Positions 1-27,673 of a stretch of DNA of 64,000 nucleotides are shown here, one piece after another (the stretch's first letter is position 1; the number at the start of each line of letters is the position of its first letter). The notes beneath the pieces were generated by a model. That model was not told the origin of the DNA, did no database searches, and saw only the letters and a program-made list of their open reading frames with translations. The position numbers were made by a program, and so were the translations under genes. The stretch lies in assembly GCF_009914755.1 (NCBI RefSeq), contig NC_060943.1; one strand, given 5' to 3'. Source of the DNA: the human T2T-CHM13v2.0 reference genome, Homo sapiens.

Positions 1-540
1 GATCGAGGAAAGGGGCGGAGAATTTTTTTTTCTTCTTCCCATTTCTTTAAAAAACCAACACAAGAAAACACACACACACACAACCAACGTTTGTTCCCGA
101 GTAGAAACATAAATAGGGCAGAATCGAACACTCTGTTCTTCTCTCTTCCAAAGAAAAAAAAAAAAAAGTAAAAGTAAAGGAAAGGCAGGGTTTGAGGCTG
201 CGCCCCCTCGGAGCCCCCTTCCGCGGCGCGGTGTACAAAGGGGCAGCCGAGACGCGCGGGTTTGTGCAACACGGGGCGGCCGCGCGGGGGAAAGAGGCAG
301 CGCGAGGGCGGGGGGGTCATGCGCTCGCCCCCCCGGGAGCAGGGGGTCCAGCTTGTCGAGTCCTGGGCACCCTCGGGGGGGGGGAATCCCCGGGGGCCGC
401 GCCCTCTCTGAGTTCCTGGGCACACTCGGGGAGGGGGGGTCCCCAGGGCCGCACCCTCTCCAAGTCCGGGGCGCCCACGACACCCCCCCGCGAGCCCGCC
501 CCTTGGGGAGGGTGGCCGCGCATGCGCCCCGCGCGCGGAC
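1..540 (-). other. JUND: JUND 3' UTR (partial, continues beyond window start) with U-rich and GU-repeat tracts
   Basis: Lies immediately downstream of the JUND stop. Plus-strand A-runs at about 151-183 and (AC)n at about 68-82 read as U-rich/GU-rich on the mRNA. No AATAAA inside the window. Confidence 0.85.
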
Positions 541-1922
<1,382 letters not shown>

Positions 1923-2176
1923 TGGGGGCGGCCGCGCGCCCGGGCCGGGTCACCCCGCCCCGGGACCGCTGTGTACGACCGATCTCCCCGGCGCCGCCTC
2001 CGCCAAGGCACGTCCCGGGTGGCGTGATGGGCCCGGGCCACCAGGCGCCCGCCCGCCCCGAGGCCCCGCCCCGTGTCCGCGCGTGGGGCCCCGGCCGGGC
2101 GGGGGCGGGGGCGGGGGCGGTGCCGGCCTCCGGGGACTGGAGGGGGATGGGGTCCCGCATGGCTAAATAACTCCTT

Positions 2177-2261
2177 GGCGCCTCCTGCTCTGCTGTGCCG
2201 CCAGGGCCTCCCCTAGCGCGCCTTCTGGAGAGGCTTTGTGCGGATACGGGGCTGGAGGCCT
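2177..2261 (+). ncRNA. MIR3188: microRNA precursor mir-3188 (mature 2229-2251)
   Basis: AGAGGCTTTGTGCGGATACGGGG at 2229-2251 matches my recollection of mature hsa-miR-3188. The flanks GGCGCCTCC...GGAGGCCT form an imperfect 85-nt stem-loop. Confidence 0.85.
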
Positions 2262-3227
2262 GGTGGGGCTGTGTCCGGGGGCTCGCCGGGGGTGTGGGGA
2301 GGTCTGCGTTCCTCACCCTCCCTCCTTCCTTCCCTCCCTCCCTCCACCCCGCGTGTGATTGCTCAGGAAGAGACGGGAGGGGAGAGGAGGGTCGCCAGAA
2401 GTTGCTGAAAGCGCTTGGATCCTGATCATTTTCACTGAGTGCGTTCTAGAACCAGGAGTCCTACTTCCTGCCTTTACAGATGGGAAACTGGGCTCAGAGA
2501 GGTGGAGTGACCATCCCCCGAGAGTTAGCTAGGAGTCACAGCAGGGCCCGGGCTGTGACTAGGCCTGAGCTCTTGTCCACCCTTAGAACCCTAGAACCTG
2601 GGAGTCCAGGCCCCTGCGCAGCCCCTTCCTTCCGCCGCCCACGTTTTAACCCCAGGTCTGCCAGGGCTGTGATGTCCTGGGCGAGGGTGCCCAACTCCAG
2701 GGGCTGGGCTGATGAGGCAGGAATGCCGGGTATAATTATTACATGCTTGTTACCACTATCATGGCTGTTAGGGCTTAATGAGCCACTATTAAGACTGGCT
2801 GGGAAGGGGGTGTGAGGGAGGAGAGATGGACCCACCCCACCAATACTCACAAGGGATCCTTAGGACATCTGGATCTGACCTACAGCCTCTGCATGCACCC
2901 CTCCAGCTCCCCACCTCTGTCTGAATGGAGCCCACACCCTCCTTTCCCTGACCTCCTTCCCCTCACTCTCTCTGATCCTTGGCCTCCCAGTTGCAGGACT
3001 AATCGTACCTCTGGGCCTTTGCACGTGCTATGCTCTCTGCTTGGTACTCCCTTCCCCCAGTGCAAAGATGTGTCTTCAGGAAGTGCCCCACCCTCAGACT
3101 TTACTCCTTTATTGTAGCCTCTGAATCTGCCAGAATGATGGAGTGGACCATAGTCCCTGAAGGTCAGGGACATTGCCTATGCTGAGCCTGCTGACAGGGC
3201 CTCGCATAGAATGGATGCTCAGTATTA

Positions 3228-4883
<1,656 letters not shown>

Positions 4884-5262
4884 CTAGCCCAGGTTCTATC
4901 CTGGACAAAGAGATCCCTAGTGGGACAAGATCCAGCCCGCAGACCTGTAGCCAGCCCTGCCCTGGGAACCCCTCTCTGGGTCCCGTGCAGTGGGGCCAGA
5001 GTGGAGGAGACGGGGTCATGCCTCTCCCTGAGGCAGGAGGTGAGTGGGCGGCCTACAGAGGCCCTGCCCTGAACTTGGGCCTCAGCCTTGGCAGCTGGGG
5101 AGATGGTCTGGTGAATGGTAGGCTGAGACAGCCTGAGCTGAGTGGAGCACTTTCCTGCAGGCAGGCAGGTGAGATACAGAGGCCTGTCAACCTCTCTGAG
5201 CCTCAGCTTTTCCTTCATGAAAATTGAGCAAATAAACCTACCTACTTTGTGGAGTATCGCGA

Positions 5263-5665
<403 letters not shown>

Positions 5666-5696
5666 TTATTGGATTTGAAGAAATAGTAAGGGGTCA

Positions 5697-6645
<949 letters not shown>

Positions 6646-7638
6646 CCTTTTTCTTTCTCTTCGCATTTTCTGTTGCTCCACCTCAATGCCCTTTCCTACC
6701 CTCTCCTTCCTCCTCCCAGCCAGAGAGCCCTCTGGGACACCCCATTCCTGTCCTTCCATTTATCCCAGCCCTGACACCACAGCAGCTGTTGGTCCAGCTC
6801 TGTTTTCCCAGAGTGGGGGTTCCTCCGGGGCAGATCTGAAGCCACTTTGGACATATGGGGCGGAGGGTGTCTCTAACGCCATCAGCTAGTCCCATACAAT
6901 GAACTAGAGAGAACTTTCATTCATTCAATCCACATACACTGATTGAGCCCCTACTGTAAGCCAGGGGAAAGGGCACACATGAACAAGACCAACATCTGCA
7001 CCTTTGTAGGTCCCCACACCAAGGGAGAGCCAGACCGGCGCAGTTTTCAGGAGAATCAATGGTGTCCCCGCCATAGATGGTAGTGGAGGGGGCTGATATT
7101 TTAGAGTTTGGGTAATCTGGGAGGGGTGGCCCAGGATGTAACACCAAGTGACAGACAAGCTGGACTTAATTGCCAATTATTGGGGGATCAGAGGGTTCCG
7201 GTAATAGGAACAGCCAGTTCAAAGGCCCCGGGGCAGGAACCAGTTGGACACATTTCTAGAAGGTGGGGAGGCAGGTGGGACTGGATTGGGAAGCCAGTGA
7301 GTGCCAAAGGAAGAGAAGGGGAGTGCCGAAGCCTCCACCTCTGCTCAGGAGGGATTTACCCCCAAGGCAATGAAAGTTGCAGATGAGGTTGGGGCAACAC
7401 TAGGGCTTGGTCCGGGACTCTGCATTTTCACCTTTATCTCAGCAGCAGCTCCACGAGTGGTGAGGGACGTTATCCCACTTCTCAGGGCAGTGTCTGGAGG
7501 GGGCGCGCGACGTGCCCAGAGTCGTACAGGCCAGGCCAGAGAGAACCCTGCCCTCCAAGCAGAAGCCGAACCTGACGCCCCGCAGCCGCCGGGGTTTGAA
7601 TCGCTGCGGCTGTAGTCCTTCCCCAGCGCAGAGATTTA

Positions 7639-11270
<3,632 letters not shown>

Positions 11271-11699
11271 AGATATGCTTTGTCCCCTTTTTTCGGATGG
11301 ACAAACTGAGGCTGTCAGCCAAGAAAGGCTTCAGTATGTGGAAGGCAGATTCGAAGCCAGTTGGCCCTGCACATCGTGGGCTGCATTTCTGCACCAAGAC
11401 TGGGGGTTCCTGGAGCGAGCTTAGGGGTCCGGACTGGTGCAGACGGGGCGCTGGACCTGGCCCCCAGCCAGCGGAAGGGATCTGGGCCCCAGATGGGGAG
11501 TAGATGGAACTGGAGGCAAGGCAGGCGGCAGGGGGTGAAGAGGCCGCTGCCCCAGGCTGCGGGGATGGGGAGGCACCGGCAGGGTCCGCGTTGATTCAGA
11601 AAGGACCCCAAGGAAGGAGCAACTTTGGGGGACCCCAAAGTTGTCTGAGTGGTATCAAAGGCCGTGCACATGGGGCCCTTAAGCGCTACAGCAGGGGCA

Positions 11700-13350
11700 A
11701 TAGTGGAGAGACCCCACGCCTTCCCGCCTCCCGCTGCCCCCGCATCCCCTTCCTCCCGCCTCCCGCCTCCCCCCTGCTCCTCGCCTCTCGCTCTCCCGGG
11801 GAGGAAGTGGCGAGAATGCGGGGGTGGGCACCCTATTCTCACTTCCCCTGGGGAAGGGCGGGGCCTGCGGGGTCCTCTCCGCCGCCGGGAGACGGCATCT
11901 CCGCGTACAGGGGTGGGGGCGGGGAGCCCTAGGAGCTGGGCAGGCGCTGCTCAGTCCCTGGCCAGGTGACGTCCGTAAGTTTCCTGGTCTTCGATGGTTC
12001 TCGAATGAAAAATGGGGGGAAAGACATTGAGTTGGAAACAGCGAGTTGTTGGGGAGAGAGGACCCCACCCCGGGCCGGTACTAGCAGCCAGACACGGACA
12101 CGCCCTGCCCCGGAGGGGTCAGGGCCAGGCCGAAGGGAGGGAAGTCGCAGTAAACACAGGGTTGGGTTGGGGCGGGAGGCGCATTCCAGGCGGAGGGAAC
12201 GGCGCGGGCAGAGGCCTGGAGGCTGGTGGAGGCCTCCTGCCTCGCCTAGCTGCGGGGTCCTCAGCGTGTGGCCCCTCCCCTAATGGGAGGGGGGGAGAAA
12301 GGATCCGGGGGGAGAGGTCTCGGAGCTGTCGGCGGCAGTGGAAGAGTTAACTTCCCGGGGCTGCCGGACCCCGCCGCGAGCTGGCGGGTGGCGTCAGCGC
12401 CAACGTCAGGGCGAAGTGGTGCCGCGTAGACGCGGACGCTTCGGCCGCCCGGCCCCCACCCCACGCGGCGCTGGAGGCCGCGGGGATGGGGGCGGGGGCG
12501 GTCGGCCCTGCAAGCAATTTACTGGGCTCTGTGCAGAGAGGGAAATTGAGGCACGGGAACGGCCGTGGCCTGGCTGGTGCTAAGCCCGCTAGCCCGCGTC
12601 CCACACTACCGCCCCCTCCCAGCTCCTCCAGGTCGCCGGACGACCTGGAGCTGGTTTGGGCTTGTTTTCCATTGCGCAAATACCTGCGAATAAACGTTTG
12701 CCCCGAGCTGCGACTTGGCACATCACCACCTCTGCATGGCCTCAGTTTCCTCAACCGGATAATGGGGAGAGTTGACATTTAGTGTGGGCGCTGGGTTCGG
12801 CCTTGAAAAGGGGGTGTGGGAGGGGACTGCACCCCAAGAAAGAGGCTGGAGCGGGGACACCTGCGAGGCTGTCTGTGAATTCCGGGCTGGTTCTCCAGCC
12901 CCCTCCTCTCCTCCCGTCGCTCACTCCCCTCCTCTCCCTCCCCTTCCTGCTTCAGCTTCCCCTCCCCTCTTCCTTATCCCCTTCTCCCTCCCGTCTCCCC
13001 CGATCTCCTCTCCACCCCCTCTCTCCCTTTCCCCCGCCCGCCCAGCGAGGCCGCCCCACCGGACTGCTAATTAAATGCAGAGCTGGGGGGAAGGGACGGC
13101 GCGTGGTTAACCCCTTCCCCGCCGGGGCCCTGAACCGGGGATGGGGAAGGGTGTCCGCCACCGGAATTTCCTCCCCCCCAGGGGCAGGCCTTAAGCTCTA
13201 GGACAAGCCCATTTATTGAGTGGGTATATCGAGGCCAAAGGAACGGCCCCAACGTTCTGGGTGAGGCTGTACTAAATCGGGCCTCCTGATTGGAGGGCCA
13301 GAGCTTCGAGATAGCGGAAGAGAAAAGCAATATCGTGGCTTGGAAATAAA
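11700..13350. promoter_or_regulatory. Orphan CpG-rich, Alu-free region about 10-11.5 kb upstream of JUND; candidate enhancer/promoter
   Basis: High CpG density around 12300-12720, GC boxes, half-CRE sites, TTGCGCAA 12672-12679, CGGAATTTCC 13162-13171. No coding exon recognised. Confidence 0.65.
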
Positions 13351-13855
13351 CCAAGAGAAAAAAAAATGAGTTGGAAGGAGAGACAGCGGGAGAGGGAGGC
13401 TGGAAAAAAATCTAGGAGCAAGACAGAGACAGAGAGACAACCAGGTAAGGGAGGTGGAGCTCCGGGTGTGGCCTGGAGGCACCCAGGCAGGCTCCCGGTA
13501 GGAGGCGGCTTCCTGGAGGAACCTGTGGTGGAATAACTCCTGGCCCTGGTGTTAGCCTCCAGGCCTGGCTCACGCACTGACTGCTGACTTCTGATAGGGC
13601 CTTGTGGCCTGAAAGGAAGGTCATGCCTGCCTTTGGAGCCATCGGTCAACCCAAGTCCCCGCCCTGTCCCTGAAAACATCAGAGAGGAGCCCAGCGAAGC
13701 GAAGTGTGGGCTATGTGCTGTGAGGTGACTCAGTGGCCCCTCATTCTTGGGACGGGAACAACTGAAAGAAGTGAATGATATAAAGTCAGGTGGTGAGAAA
13801 GCAAATGACAGCAGGCGGAGGGAGTGTGGGGTGGGGGGGGCCAGAGGATCCATGA

Positions 13856-14226
<371 letters not shown>

Positions 14227-15144
14227 TAAGCCACTGTACCCGGGCTGAATTTGAGGTGTGTTAAGGGAACATCCAGGAGGAGGCGTGGCGCAGGGTGAGG
14301 AGAGATGGAGGATTACAGGGGCCTCCAGATCCTAAGCAGGGAGGGTGGGGGGTGGCTTGAGTCCTTGGCCAGCCCAGGTGGAGCCTGTGACTGCTCTCCC
14401 TGCCTCACTTTTCCTACCATTATGCATGCTCCAGAAGCAGCAGGGGAGGCTTTGGGGATGTGGAGGTTGCCCAGGGTCACAGGGACCCCTGTTGTGCCCT
14501 CCGTCAGTGCCCCTCTGGCCTCCCCACACCCTCTGTGGCTCCCTGCTGTGGCCAGTCTTCCCCATCATCGCCCCTGGCTCTCTTCTCTCCTGCAGTCCAG
14601 CCACTCAGCCCTTGTACATGTCCCTCATCTGTTCTCACAATGCCCACCCCAGGTGACAACATCCTCCCAAGCCCCCTTCAGGAGATGGTGGGGCTGACAC
14701 TAACAGGGGAGGGGGTGTAGGGAAGGTGAGCACCCTGGCCCCTGAGTGCTGCACACAAACTGTGTAAAAATAGCTGCTCCCCCTGCCCCTGCCCCCTGTG
14801 AGGAGGCGGCTGTGACGGTGGTGGCTGCAGTGACGGGGATGTGCCCAGAGAAGCATCCGGCAGGGCCAGTTGCCATGGTGATGCTGACTCAGCGGCAGAG
14901 GCAGGTAGCAGCATCTGGTACCCGGCCGGCACGCCTCTGCTTGGCCTACGCTCATAGCACCCTGTCCAGCCCCAACTTTCCAGCCTCCACCCTGGGGGTG
15001 TCTTCTGAGGCTGCAGAGGGGTGGGTGAGACCTCGGGAAGGACTGGACAAGTTCCTCCACCAGACACCACTCAGTCATCTGCTGGAAGGTGGGAGACGCT
15101 GCTTCTCATGGAGCGGACCTCAGTGTCAGGTCTTCCTCCCTCTA

Positions 15145-16110
15145 TCAGCCATCCGCCCATCTACCTACTCACCCATCCATCCACTCATCCACCATCCACT
15201 CATCCCCCATCCATCCACCATCCACCCATCCATCTACCATCTGCCCATCTACCATCCATCCACCCACCTGTCCATCTATCCACCCATCCACCATCCACTC
15301 ATCCCCCATCCATCATCCACCAATCAGTCCATCATCCACCCATCCATCCACCATCTACCCATTCATCCATCCATCCATTCCTCCACCCAGCGGCCATCCA
15401 TCCATGCACCATCTACCCATCCACCATCTGCCCATCCACCATCCATCCATCTACCCACCATCCATCCATCTACCCACCCACCCATGCATCCACCATCCAC
15501 CCATTCACCATCCACCCATCCACCATCCGTCCACCGTCCACCCATCCACCACCTAACCATCCACCAGCCATCCATCCACCTGTCTACCCACTGACCCATC
15601 CATCCACCATCCACTCACCCACCCATCCACCCATCCATCCACCCATCCACCTATCTACCCACCCACCCATGTATCCACCATCCACCCATTCACCATCCAC
15701 CCATCCATCCACCATCTACCCATCCACCATCCATCCACCATCCACCTACCATCTACCCATCCACCATCCATCCACCATCCACTCATCCATCTACCATCTA
15801 CCCATCCACCATCCATCCACCATCCACTCATCCATCTACCATCTACCCATCCACCATCCATCCATCCATCCACCTATCTACCCACCAATCCATCCATCCA
15901 CCATCCACTCATCCACCCATCCATCCACCATCCACCCATCCACCTATCTACCCACCCACCCATCCATCCACCCATCCATCCACCCATCCACCTATCCACC
16001 ATCCACCCATCCGTCCACCATCCACCCTTCCATCCACCAATCCACCTATTCATCCAGCCACCCATCCACTTACCACACACCCACCCATCCATCCATTCCT
16101 GTGTTCATCC
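15145..16110. repeat. (CCAT/CCAC)n low-complexity tract of about 960 bp with an internal 45-bp tandem unit
   Basis: Plus strand nearly devoid of G. Exact 45-bp copies at 15746-15790 and 15791-15835 plus a partial copy to 15864. Confidence 0.95.
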
Positions 16111-16300
16111 ATTCACTCAACATTTTTGGAGCACTTACCGTGTACTGACATCCTTCTGGGCACATGGTGGTTGCCACTGTCGATGCAGGCAGGGTATCAG
16201 CAGTCTGGGGTGCAGGGACTTGGGTGAGGACAAGGCCTCCTTGGCTACTTGGAGCCAGGCCTTGAGATGCTGAGGCCCTATCTCTTCCTTGTTCTCCTAG

Positions 16301-16984
<684 letters not shown>

Positions 16985-17084
16985 TAAATGGACATGGTGC
17001 TAGCAGGATGACCTCATAACTGGGGCAGGGGTTGGGAGGAAGCCCTTAGACCTGTGCCCACTGCAGATTAAACACTCAGTAAAC

Positions 17085-24250
<7,166 letters not shown>

Positions 24251-24493
24251 TTTCTTCTTTTTACAGCATTTATGCATTTGATATGCATATGCTTGTGGCT
24301 GGCTCACTCCTGTGGAAGGGAAGGATTGCCGGGGCTGTGTCACCAGCACCTGGGACAAGGCAAGTGGCCCTAGTGCCAGGCTCGTGCCAGGCCCTGGGCT
24401 CCAAAAGAAGAAGGTGGGGAGGGAGGTGACAGGGACACAGGCCATCTGGGGGTGGCTGTCAGAGTAGTGCTGGGAACAGCAGGTGAAGCCCAG

Positions 24494-24655
24494 AGGAGGA
24501 GAGGAGGAGGAGAGAGAGGAGGGGGATGGGGGATGGGAGTGGGGGATGAGTGGAGGAGGATGGAGGAGGAGGGGAATGGGGAGGAAGATGGGGAGTGAGA
24601 GGAGGGGGATGGGGGAGGAGAAGGAGAAGGAGGAGGAGGAGGAGGAGAGAGGGAT
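24494..24655. repeat. Purine-rich (GGA/GGGA)n low-complexity tract
   Basis: About 160 bp of G/A with occasional T and no C on the plus strand. Confidence 0.9.
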
Positions 24656-25823
24656 GGCTTCCCACAGCTGCCTCTCGGGGGCCACTGCCCAAGGCCAGCC
24701 TCTGCACTTTTGTCCCTGAAGCGGGTGTTTGGCTCCAGGATGAGGTGGCGTCAGCAGCCGACCCGGGCCTGTCGCACTCTGGCGGGGGACTGTGGGCTGG
24801 CCCTGCAGAGCTCAGCCCCCGGCTGAGTCACAGCACAGCGCCAGGCGTGGGCCTCCCTAACAGAAAGCAAACTCCAGGCGAGAAGGTCTGGGGGCGGGTG
24901 GGGACCATCTACGATAAAGGCAGCCCCAGTTGGGTGAGGAGGGCACAGACCATCGGAGGGACAGAAAGACCTGGAAGCCTTGGATTTAGGAACTAGACTG
25001 GTGCTTTTGGTTTCTTTTCTTGTTGAGGGGGCTGAGGATGAGGCTTTGTGAAACCAACCAGGAAGAATGAAACACAGAGCTGGTCCGACACCCAGCTCGA
25101 GGGAGGGGGGCCGGAAGCTTCTGGAAGTTGGCTGCCCCTAAGCAGGGGCCACTCTAGCCCACAAGGCCAAGTTGGCAGAGGCAGACGAGGGGACTCTGCG
25201 GCTCAAGTCACGGGCCAGGAGCCCGCAGCTGCCGGGCTGGAAAGGTCAGAGCCGGCTCTGCGTCTGGCTGCGCCGGCAAGAAGCCACAATTACGCAGGCA
25301 AAAGAGCCCGGGGATTAGCCCCAGCACCTGGGACCCTGAATGGTGAGAAGGCACCTAGGGGGTGTTGGAACACATTCTGAGTTCAGAGCCTGGTCAGGGA
25401 GAAAAAACCAAACGGAGATCAGGAAGGGGAAGGGGCCTTCGAGGGCTTTCCCATCCCAACTTCCCAGGATGCCTGACCCCAGAGCTCCTGGATTTGATCC
25501 ACGCCTCGTGACACACACAACCCCTGGGAGGAAGGAGCCCAGGCCCCTTGGAGAGCCCCAGAGGCCTCTAAGGGCCGGTGAGTCTAGGACATGGGGCAGG
25601 AGCTGCAAATGGGGCCTCCCTGCTCCCCACCCTTCCTTCCCTCCTCCTCTAAACATTGCCCCACCCACCTCGCCCTGTGAGCCCAGCCCCCTGCACGGCC
25701 CACACTATAGGGGCATGGGGTGTGCCAAGAGATGCTCCTGTCGACCAGGCGCAGTGGCTCATGCCTGTAATCCCAGCACTTTGGGAGGCCAAGGCGGGAG
25801 GATCACTTGAGATCAGGAGTTCA

Positions 25824-26198
<375 letters not shown>

Positions 26199-26349
26199 TC
26201 AATCAAGTGCCGCTGTGGCGGAGAGGATTCAGGCGACTGCAGATATCCATCCCTGTCCCCCACCCCACACACAAGGAGAACATCCCAGGCGAGGACATTG
26301 TAAATGCAAAATCTATACGATGGCAAGTAACTCTGAAGACTCAAGAAAA

Positions 26350-27581
26350 AGAGTTCCTCACGGACGGGACCTTTTATTCCAATCACCTCTCAAAATAGGT
26401 CTCCGAACGAGGACCCTGAAGAGAAGGCTATGCAGGGGGACGGGCCGCTGCCTGGCTCAGGGCTTCCCTCTGGTTTCTTCACGGTCCACAGATGCTACCC
26501 GGAGCCTTTCTCGAAAGCGCTGACTCAGTGTCTCAGGTGCGCGCCCGAGGAGTGGCAAACCCGGCCTGGCTCAGAAAGGGGGCAGGAGCCTCGTGAGAAT
26601 CTTCCATGAGCATCTTCCGAGGGGATTCCTGTCCTGTCTTCTCTGTGTGAACGCCAGTGTGGACAGATGAGGATAGATGATGGAGTCCAGGCCACCCAGG
26701 AGGGGGTGATGGGGACCATGCGTGGCCCCTGCCTGGGACTTCCCTCCCCACACACCCCTTGGCATTAACGTCTCCACAGAGGGGAGAGGGTTATAGGACA
26801 ACCTGGTGTGGGGGGCGCCGGGGACTCTCAAGAGCCCCCACTGTCCAGATGCTGGTCTTGCCTTTTGTAAAAGGACATCAGTGCCTCACTGTGCCGCTGA
26901 CACCTGGTGAGAACTCTCAAAAGGAAGCTTCCCTTACGGGAACGGGGATTTCCTGAGAGTCCAGCGATGGACAGAGGGCAGGAGACCCGCTAGGTGCACC
27001 CAGAAGCTCAAAAGGAACAGTGGATGTGCAGTGTGTAGTTTTATTTGTTTTTATTTCCATAACACAAGAGAGGAAGCGAAGGGCCAGGGCCCGAGGCATC
27101 CCCTGCACGGTTCGAAGGCTTTCAACCGTCCCGGGTTTGTTTTGAAGGCAATTTTGGGGCCGCGCCCAAGGAAACCCTGCAGGCTGTCAGTCCCAGCATG
27201 AACAGCTTAAAATAAAAATCTCCCGTCTGGTTGCTGCTCGGAGAGGCTCCAAGAAATGCAAAACAAACCCGCCTGGAAAATGCTGCCCTGAGAACCAGAG
27301 CGAGGGCTTGAAAGATGCCTTCAACACAGACTCTTCTAGGAATCCAGCCAGTTTTGGGACGGCCGTTTCACAAAACCAAAAAACACCAAGTAACATTTCT
27401 AACCGGAGAATTGCCGGTTTTAGCAAGAAAAAGGGGCTTCACCTAAAAGGGAGGGTCACAAAACACGAAGGGGGTTCCCCCTGGCGCCTGCCTCTTCCTT
27501 TCTGAGCAGATCCGTCCGAGACTGTGGAGCGGAATCGCCACCCTGGCAGGAGGGGGCGCAGCAGCCGGTCTGGGTGGGCGC
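26350..27581 (-). other. LSM4: LSM4 3' UTR with proximal and distal polyadenylation signals
   Basis: Minus-strand AATAAA at 27055-27050, 27045-27040 and 26378-26373. A U-rich stretch follows the distal signal. 3' end approximate. Confidence 0.8.
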
Positions 27582-27673
27582 TCACTGTTTGCCCGCCTGT
27601 CTGCCAGGCTTCTTCTCTGGCTGGCCTCTGCCTGTGCCCGGGATCCCACCTCGGCCCCGGCCACCAAACACAC
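27582..27673 (-). CDS. LSM4: LSM4 exon 5 coding part (GVFGGRGRGGIPGTGRGQPEKKPGRQAGKQ*)
   Basis: Acceptor ...cctctag at 27675-27674, TGA 27584-27582, 92 nt. Exons sum to 3+42+99+184+92=420 nt = 139 aa plus stop. Confidence 0.97.

Noticed and set aside
14869-14920. Resemblance of RFX plus AP-1 adjacency to the MHC class II X1-X2-Y module
   Set aside because: Spacing differs and there is no Y box (ATTGG) at the expected distance; kept only as a generic enhancer candidate.
14746-16148. 282-aa and 375-aa His/Pro-rich ORFs
   Set aside because: Translation of the G-poor (CCAT)n tract, which can barely form stop codons.
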